Position numbers and translations under genes: made by a program
Part shown: positions 58,891-64,000 of the stretch, piece by piece
How positions within the stretch are numbered: position 1 is the stretch's first letter
Layout: the number at the start of each line of letters is the position of its first letter
Origin: Bacilli bacterium
GTDB lineage: Bacteria > Bacillota_I > Bacilli_A > RF39 > UBA660
DNA length: 64,000 nt
NCBI GenBank assembly: GCA_017432825.1
Contig: JAFRIJ010000011.1
Coordinates: 34,591 to 98,590 of the forward strand
Direction of reading: 5' to 3'
The notes under the pieces: generated by a model
Told to the model about the DNA's origin: nothing
Seen by the model: the letters and a program-made list of their open reading frames with translations, nothing else
Databases searched by the model: none

Positions 58891-59433
58891 CTATCCTAGT
58901 AATTCTATTATTGTTTTTTCCATTTTCATTGGATCTTCTATTGGTGAGTATCTTGCTACTATGTTTCCTTCTTTATCAATAATAAATTTTGTAAAGTTCC
59001 ATATTATATCGTTTTCTTTTTTACAAGTAGTACTTATCTTTTTAACAGCAGACATAGCCATTTTATTTTTTAGTCCTTCTAATATTTCTTTTGGAGAATT
59101 ATCTTTTATATATTTAAATAATGGTAATTCGTTTTCTCCATTTACTTCTATTTTTTTGAATCTATCAAATGATGTATTATATTTACTTGTACAAAATTCA
59201 TGGATTTCATCATCAGTTCCTGGTGCTTGATGTCCAAATTGATCACATGGAAAATCTAATATTTCTAATCCTTTTTTATGATATTTTTGATATAGTTTTT
59301 CTAATGCTTCATATTGTGGAGTAAATCCACATCCTGTAGCAGTATTTACTATTATTAATACTTTCCCTTTATAATCCTTTAAATTTATTTCTTCGTCTTC
59401 TTTATTTTTTACTTTAAAATCATATATACTCAT
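58891..59433 (-). CDS. gpx: Glutathione peroxidase-family thiol peroxidase. The true start is the Met of MSIYDF..., with a gaaagagagg RBS; the ORF-track TTG start at 59466 is an over-extension.
   Basis: Gpx motifs VNTATGCGFT and FPCDQFGHQAPG. Confidence 0.85.
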   Translation of the reverse strand: MSIYDFKVKNKEDEEINLKDYKGKVLIIVNTATGCGFTPQYEALEKLYQKYHKKGLEILDFPCDQFGHQAPGTDDEIHEFCTSKYNTSFDRFKKIEVNGENELPLFKYIKDNSPKEILEGLKNKMAMSAVKKISTTCKKENDIIWNFTKFIIDKEGNIVARYSPIEDPMKMEKTIIELLG

Positions 59434-59454
59434 TATAGCCTCTCTTTCATTTTT

Positions 59455-59468
59455 AATTGTATACAATT
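59455..59468. promoter_or_regulatory. Candidate OhrR operator (a perfect 14-bp palindrome) overlapping the gpx transcription start region
   Basis: AATTGTATACAATT lies immediately downstream of the -10 box. It matches the core of the B. subtilis ohrA operator (TACAATT/AATTGTA inverted repeats). Confidence 0.55.
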
Positions 59469-59470
59469 GA

Positions 59471-59500
59471 ATTATAGCATTTCGTTGTTTAGATTGTCAA
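59471..59500 (-). promoter_or_regulatory. Sigma-A type promoter for the gpx-trxB-trxA-ohrR operon
   Basis: On the minus strand it reads TTGACA-N18-TATAAT, with the -35 box at 59495-59500 and the -10 box at 59471-59476. Confidence 0.5.
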
Positions 59501-59510
59501 GTATATATAA

Positions 59511-59536
59511 TAACAAAAAAAGAGAATAAATTCTCT
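59511..59536 (-). terminator. Terminator at the fic stop codon
   Basis: Stem agagaa/ttctct with a taaa loop, followed on the minus strand by TTTTTT. Confidence 0.4.
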
Positions 59537-60492
59537 TAATGTAATTTTTGTATTTTCATTGATTTTATTTTCTGATTAATTGATTCATTTTTTAATGATG
59601 GATTTTCTATATTGAATAAATATCTATTTTTATTTTTTAATTCATTACTTAAATAAAATAATTGTTCATCAGTCATATTTAAACAGAAATCAAACCATTT
59701 ATTTATTTCATCATTACAATCATGTTTTACATCAAAGTATATACTATCTAATGCATGTACGTATGATGGTTGATTTAATAAAATACTATTTGATATATGT
59801 AATGGAGATATTTTTAAGTTTGTTTTATATATTTTATTTATTAATTCAGTAAATTTCATATCATATAGTAATCTTGCTGTTCTTCCATTTCCATCACCAA
59901 ACGGATGAATTCTAATAAATAATAATGTTATTAAAGCACTTTTTAGAAAGGGATTACTGTTTAATAAAGATAATGAATTTGCTTTATATTCTTTAATATA
60001 ATCATCCATAAATTTTTTTATATCTTCTGGTTCTGCTCCATACCAATAGATATGTTTTTCATTATCTTTAACATAACCTACCCATGCTTCTTCTTTTCTA
60101 TAATCATCTATTGTTTCTTTTTCAAGTGCAAATTTATGTAAATTTTTTATTCTTTGATGATTTATGTTTAATGTATAATAAAAGATATTATTCTCATTTA
60201 TTTTAGAATAATTAGAAGTATGATTTTCAATTAGATTAGAATCTACTATTTCTTTTTCAAATGAGTTAATTAAAAAAGATGCTACTATATCTGGGTCATA
60301 GCTACTTAATAATTTTATATATTTATCAAAATCCTTTGATGTTTCTTCTAAATGATATAGTAAATTGGAATTTAATTTAATTCTACTTATGTATTCTTCT
60401 AATGGAAAATACTCTACTCTTTCTAAATTACAACAATTCTCTGGTCCCATAATTATCCCCCTTTTTTCAAGTTGTTTGATATTATACCACAA
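59536..60492 (-). CDS. Fic-family protein (class II, carrying an intramolecular inhibitory S-x-x-x-E-N motif)
   Basis: Fic motif HPFGDGNGRTAR. An N-terminal SNLIEN matches the [S/T]xxxE[G/N] inhibitory helix. Confidence 0.8.
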   Translation of the reverse strand: MWYNIKQLEKRGIIMGPENCCNLERVEYFPLEEYISRIKLNSNLLYHLEETSKDFDKYIKLLSSYDPDIVASFLINSFEKEIVDSNLIENHTSNYSKINENNIFYYTLNINHQRIKNLHKFALEKETIDDYRKEEAWVGYVKDNEKHIYWYGAEPEDIKKFMDDYIKEYKANSLSLLNSNPFLKSALITLLFIRIHPFGDGNGRTARLLYDMKFTELINKIYKTNLKISPLHISNSILLNQPSYVHALDSIYFDVKHDCNDEINKWFDFCLNMTDEQLFYLSNELKNKNRYLFNIENPSLKNESINQKIKSMKIQKLH

Positions 60493-60538
60493 AATATTAA
60501 AAATGTTAACAAAAAGTTTAAAAAAATAATAATTTCTT

Positions 60539-60913
60539 TTAATTATTATTTTTATATTCTCTTATTATCCATTCTAGTAATAGTGCTACTACATAGTTTA
60601 TTTCATTATTTGTAAGCTCTCTTCCTTTAGGAATATGATGCCATTTTTCTAAACAATTTCTACAACAACATGCACAGGCATGTTGTGCTATGAATACAGG
60701 GTGTCCTTTCATTGGTGTTTGTTTTCCATCATTAACTGGATTAGCTCCAGCTAATCTTTCTTTTATAAAGTCATAGGCATGATCTTTTATTTTATTCATA
60801 CCTATATTATTTATATAATCTATCATATATTTTCTTAGTTTAAAACTAGATCTAAATTTTGATTTAGATAAATCTTCTAATTTTTTGTTAATTATTTCTT
60901 TATTATTTCCCAT
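60539..60913 (-). CDS. DUF4186-family protein
   Basis: ...GHPVFIAQHACACCCRNCLEKWHHIPKGRELT... is the conserved Cys-rich DUF4186 core. Confidence 0.55.
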   Translation of the reverse strand: MGNNKEIINKKLEDLSKSKFRSSFKLRKYMIDYINNIGMNKIKDHAYDFIKERLAGANPVNDGKQTPMKGHPVFIAQHACACCCRNCLEKWHHIPKGRELTNNEINYVVALLLEWIIREYKNNN

Positions 60914-61242
60914 TCTGATTCTTTAAATCCTATTAGTATTATATCATTATCAATTAATAGTGGTCTTTTTATTAACATAGCATTATTTGATAATAGTTCT
61001 ATTTTTTCATCTTTAGTCATTTTATCTAGTTTTTCTTTTAAATTTAATTTTCTATAGATTAAACCACTGGTATTAAATAATTTATTAATATTTATTTTGT
61101 ATTTATTTATCAAACTATTTATTTCTGTTTTAGTAGGTGTATTTTCTTTTATTTCTCTATTTATATATTTAATGTTATTAATATTTAAATATTCTTTTGC
61201 TTTTTTACATGTACTACATTTGCTATATCCAATTAATTCCAT
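60892..61242 (-). CDS. ArsC/Spx/MgsR-family protein with a thioredoxin-like fold and an N-terminal CxxC
   Basis: MELIGYSKCSTCKKAKEYL...LIKRPLLID..ILIGFKESEW; 116 aa. It overlaps the DUF4186 gene by 22 nt. Confidence 0.7.
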   Translation of the reverse strand: MELIGYSKCSTCKKAKEYLNINNIKYINREIKENTPTKTEINSLINKYKININKLFNTSGLIYRKLNLKEKLDKMTKDEKIELLSNNAMLIKRPLLIDNDIILIGFKESEWEIIKK

Positions 61243-61257
61243 AATTTCTCCTTTAAT

Positions 61258-62427
61258 TTAATAATTATATTTACTTGTAATTCCATAATAGTCTTCTAGT
61301 GTTATCCAGTTACCTTTATTATATAATTTAGTAGCTAAATCTACTCCTACATATCTTAAATGCCATGATTCATACATATATCCTGTTTCATTGGTTTTTC
61401 CTTTTGGATATCTTATTATTAAGCCATATTTGTAACAGTTATCATTTATCCATTTTGCTTGATCTGTATTATCAAATGCTGATGTTATACATGCTGCCAC
61501 ATTATAATCACATACATCAAAAGCTAGGCCTGTTTGATGTTCTGAATGTCCTGCTCTTGCAGAATAAGTATCAGCATTAGCTTGTCCATCTGTTGCTACA
61601 TAATTATTATATATGTATTTTTGGTCATTATAAGATCTAAATCCACTTCCTACAAATAAATTATATCCTTCTTTTGAAGCATCATTTTTTAGATTATTAA
61701 AGGCATTTTGTGTATTACTAGTTAATCCTCCTGGATAGTATGTTGATGGTAATTTATAGGTTTTATTTGCTATTAATACTCCATCTATATAAGTTATACC
61801 ATTTTTTACTTCTCCACTATATCCTTTTGATGTTGTAAATGTAGTATTAGTATTATCAACAATAACTACTTCTTTCTTTTTAACTTCTAAAGTAAATTTT
61901 TCTTTCTTTTCATTATTACTAGAATCTTTAGCAACATAATATAATTCATATTTATTTGGTTTATTTATATCATAATCTCCTTCTATACTAACTTTAATAT
62001 CTTCTTTAGAGTTATCAGTTGCTTTTACATCTTTTAATAAATCTATTTTATCTCCTTCAGTAATACTTATACTATTTTTAAATTCTATTGTAGGTGGTTC
62101 CTTATCTATAATATTTACAGTATATGTATAATTCTTTTTTCTATTAAAGTAATCTTTAACTTTTATAGTTATTTTCTTACTACCTAAAACAGATGTATCT
62201 ATTAATTCTTTTTTGCTTAATAATTTACCATTATTTATACTTTTAATATAATCAGTATTATATACTTCTTCATTAATATTTATTTCTATATTCTTTTTAA
62301 TATTAATAATTAATATTTTAGATTTATAGAATAAATATCCACCTATAAATAACCCTATTATTAAAATAAATATAATACTAAATATTGTTATTTTCTTCTT
62401 TTTATTACTTTTAATTCTTTTTTTCAT
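61258..62427 (-). CDS. VanY/M15-family D,D-carboxypeptidase with an N-terminal TM and Ig-like (DUF5011-type) domains
   Basis: C-terminal SGFRSYNDQ...SEHQTGLAFD... matches the VanY zinc-peptidase motifs. One TM helix lies after a basic N-terminus. Confidence 0.75.
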   Translation of the reverse strand: MKKRIKSNKKKKITIFSIIFILIIGLFIGGYLFYKSKILIINIKKNIEININEEVYNTDYIKSINNGKLLSKKELIDTSVLGSKKITIKVKDYFNRKKNYTYTVNIIDKEPPTIEFKNSISITEGDKIDLLKDVKATDNSKEDIKVSIEGDYDINKPNKYELYYVAKDSSNNEKKEKFTLEVKKKEVVIVDNTNTTFTTSKGYSGEVKNGITYIDGVLIANKTYKLPSTYYPGGLTSNTQNAFNNLKNDASKEGYNLFVGSGFRSYNDQKYIYNNYVATDGQANADTYSARAGHSEHQTGLAFDVCDYNVAACITSAFDNTDQAKWINDNCYKYGLIIRYPKGKTNETGYMYESWHLRYVGVDLATKLYNKGNWITLEDYYGITSKYNY

Positions 62428-62473
62428 ACTATACTTCCTTTTGATAATTATATCATATTATATAATGTAATAA

Positions 62474-62498
62474 TAAAAAAAGATACCTAGAGGTATCT
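62474..62498 (-). terminator. Terminator downstream of the 65-aa gene
   Basis: Stem agatacc/ggtatct with a taga loop, followed on the minus strand by TTTTTT. Confidence 0.4.
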
Positions 62499-62566
62499 TC
62501 AGACTATTAACAAAATTTACTTTGTCAACAGTCTGAACACTATTTAAAGATAAATAGTTTTTTATT

Positions 62567-62764
62567 TTATATTATATTGTCTATTTCTTTTATTATTTCT
62601 TGATTATTATTTAGTATAGATAATAATTCTTCTTCTACTGGTGATTTATTATCTATTAATAAGTTTTTATTTAAGGTATTATTTAGTTTTTTATATTCTT
62701 CTTCTAATTCACATATTTTTGTTTTTATTTGAGATAATTTAGTATGTACTTCTTCATATTCCAT
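62567..62764 (-). CDS. Small acidic helical protein, 65 aa
   Basis: ORF; predicted all-helical. It overlaps the upstream 106-aa gene by 11 nt. Confidence 0.4.
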   Translation of the reverse strand: MEYEEVHTKLSQIKTKICELEEEYKKLNNTLNKNLLIDNKSPVEEELLSILNNNQEIIKEIDNII

Positions 62765-63074
62765 CTATATCTACCTCTTTTTCTCCTGATAAAATCATTT
62801 TATTTTCTCTTTCTAACTCTTTATGTTCTTCTACTTTCTTTTCTAGCACAAGAATATTATTGTTATGTATTTTTGATATTTTTTTCAAATTGTTTACTAA
62901 TTCTGATTCTAATAAATCTATTTTATTTGTATTATTTGTTTGATAATACTTATTTATTTCTAAATACAAATTATCTAATTCATCTACAGAAATGTCTTCT
63001 TCTTTTATATATATTTTTAGTTTGTCAATTAATAGTTCTATTTCTGGAACATTCATTCCTATTTTATCAATCAT
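62754..63074 (-). CDS. Small helical protein, 106 aa
   Basis: ORF; coiled-coil-like. It sits in a tandem array of small genes. Confidence 0.4.
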   Translation of the reverse strand: MIDKIGMNVPEIELLIDKLKIYIKEEDISVDELDNLYLEINKYYQTNNTNKIDLLESELVNNLKKISKIHNNNILVLEKKVEEHKELERENKMILSGEKEVDIDGI

Positions 63075-63083
63075 ATTGCTCTC

Positions 63084-63638
63084 CTATAAGTATTTTTTAA
63101 TATCAAATTCTTCTTTTATATATTCTAAATTAATTTTATCTATTTTTAAAGAAATATCTTTTTCATGTTCTTCTATTTCTTTTATCATAGTTATTATTTT
63201 ATCTTCTATTATCTCTATTTCTTTTTTGTTTTTCTTAATTTGTTCTAGTTCTGATGTTATTATATAGTTGTTATAAATTGATATTACTTCGCTATAAAGA
63301 TTTATTATTTCATTTAATTTTGCTTTACAATTATTGAAATTTATTATAATTTCATCTTTATTAGATAAATTATAATTTATTGTATTACCATATGATTTGT
63401 ATTTTTCTACTATGTATTGATATAACTCTTTTATTTCGTTTAAATTAGAAATAATAGGCTTTATTTTTTCTTTATCACTTATCGAATCATTAAGGAAGTC
63501 ATTAGCTATAGTTCCTTTCCAAAGCATACTTGCTTGTGATAAGTCATTGTAATAGTTTAAATAAACCTCTTCATATTTTCTTATAATATTATTTATTTTA
63601 TTTATTTTATCCTTTAGATTGGATATATTTATTTTCAT
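63084..63638 (-). CDS. Helical protein, 184 aa, with a WxG-like motif (LWKGTIANDF) near the N-terminus
   Basis: A ggtga RBS precedes the ATG. The motif sits about 40 residues in and is reminiscent of WXG100/LXG N-domains (W-x-G-x-x-A-x-x-F). This is tentative. Confidence 0.45.
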   Translation of the reverse strand: MKINISNLKDKINKINNIIRKYEEVYLNYYNDLSQASMLWKGTIANDFLNDSISDKEKIKPIISNLNEIKELYQYIVEKYKSYGNTINYNLSNKDEIIINFNNCKAKLNEIINLYSEVISIYNNYIITSELEQIKKNKKEIEIIEDKIITMIKEIEEHEKDISLKIDKINLEYIKEEFDIKKYL

Positions 63639-63702
63639 ATTATCACCAAATTATGTTTATTATACTTAATTCTATTATTTTATTAATCAATTATTTATAA
63701 TA

Positions 63703-63722
63703 AAAACTCCAATTGGAGTTTT
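63703..63722 (-). terminator. Hairpin terminator after the partial edge gene
   Basis: Perfect palindrome aaaactccaattggagtttt, followed on the minus strand by TTTTT. Confidence 0.45.
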
Positions 63723-63734
63723 TATTTCTAATTA

Positions 63735-63971
63735 TTATTGAAGAATTTCTTTGTTTGCTTTTTCAAGTGTTTCTCTTTCTGAAATTTCTCTACTCATACG
63801 AGTTGTTAATGATGATTTTAGTGTTTCCATATCAGTTTCAAAATCACTTTTTATTTTATTAACACTATTTGTTAATGAGGTTACTTCATCACTATCAAAT
63901 GCATCACATGACTTAACTGTTGTTAAAATGTTTTCTAATGTTTTTTTAACATTATCAATTAGTGTTTGCAT
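63735..63971 (-). CDS. C-terminal part of a helical protein. The gene probably continues beyond the window edge.
   Basis: ORF with no stop upstream before the window ends. The sequence is helical and Ser/Thr/Glu-rich. Confidence 0.35.
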   Translation of the reverse strand: MQTLIDNVKKTLENILTTVKSCDAFDSDEVTSLTNSVNKIKSDFETDMETLKSSLTTRMSREISERETLEKANKEILQ

Positions 63972-64000
63972 TGGAGTTTCTATTGAACTAATGTCTGCCC

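Noticed and set aside
871-63267. All plus-strand ORFs of 60-164 aa in the track that lie inside minus-strand genes. Examples: 871-1092, 3363-3644, 3731-4162, 5649-6143, 31544-31963, 43215-43595, 53065-53388, 62744-63100.
   Set aside because: They are antisense to well-supported genes, have Leu/Ile/Phe-dominated low-complexity translations typical of AT-rich antisense frames, and lack RBSs. I treat them as spurious.
1-64000. CRISPR arrays, transposases, integrases, phage structural genes
   Set aside because: I looked for regularly spaced direct repeats and for DDE, tyrosine-recombinase or serine-recombinase motifs in all ORFs and found none. There is no evidence that this window is a mobile element or prophage.

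Overview
This 64-kb window comes from an extremely AT-rich chromosome, roughly 20-25% GC by eye. The organism is most likely a low-GC Gram-positive Firmicute of the Clostridia type. Evidence for that: sporulation genes yqfC/yqfD, an rlmN-stp-prkC-rsgA-rpe cluster, agr-type quorum sensing, sortase plus LysM/VanY/amidase surface biology, and the standard genetic code. I count about 60 protein-coding genes. Nearly all lie on the minus strand; only the agrB/agrD pair, rpmB-tsaC and a partial phosphopantetheinyl transferase gene are on the plus strand. There are also two minus-strand tRNAs, Leu-UAG and Met-CAU.

Content by category:
- Housekeeping: parC, pcrA, murF, xfp, pta, sufB, ssb and the rpmB/tsaC/rpe/rsgA/prkC/stp/rlmN block.
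- Envelope and surface: HtrA, CtpA, Amidase_3, a PAP2 phosphatase, a dockerin/Big_2/cadherin-like anchored protein, a thioester-domain adhesin with a small sortase, LysM, VanY-like and M13 peptidase.
- Transporters: a heterodimeric ABC exporter, an ABC-2 pair and a cation diffusion facilitator.
- Regulation: an agr-like locus (agrB, an unannotated agrD, and a convergent agrA-agrC pair), a 5TM orphan histidine kinase, and an OhrR-controlled gpx-trxB-trxA-ohrR operon with a recognisable operator.
- Small accessory-looking modules: DUF1848-HNH, class-II Fic-DUF4186-Spx-like, a HipA-like membrane protein, a tandem metallophosphoesterase beside a tail-less SSB, a CapA-like gene flanked by unknowns, and a run of small helical proteins with a WxG-like motif at the 3' edge.

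I saw no transposase, integrase or CRISPR.

Two caveats. The ORF track uses a longest-ORF rule with ATG/GTG/TTG starts, so several N-termini are over-extended; where a ribosome-binding site makes it clear I corrected them (ssb, parC, gpx, sufB). My own base-level positions carry about 1-2 nt of uncertainty.
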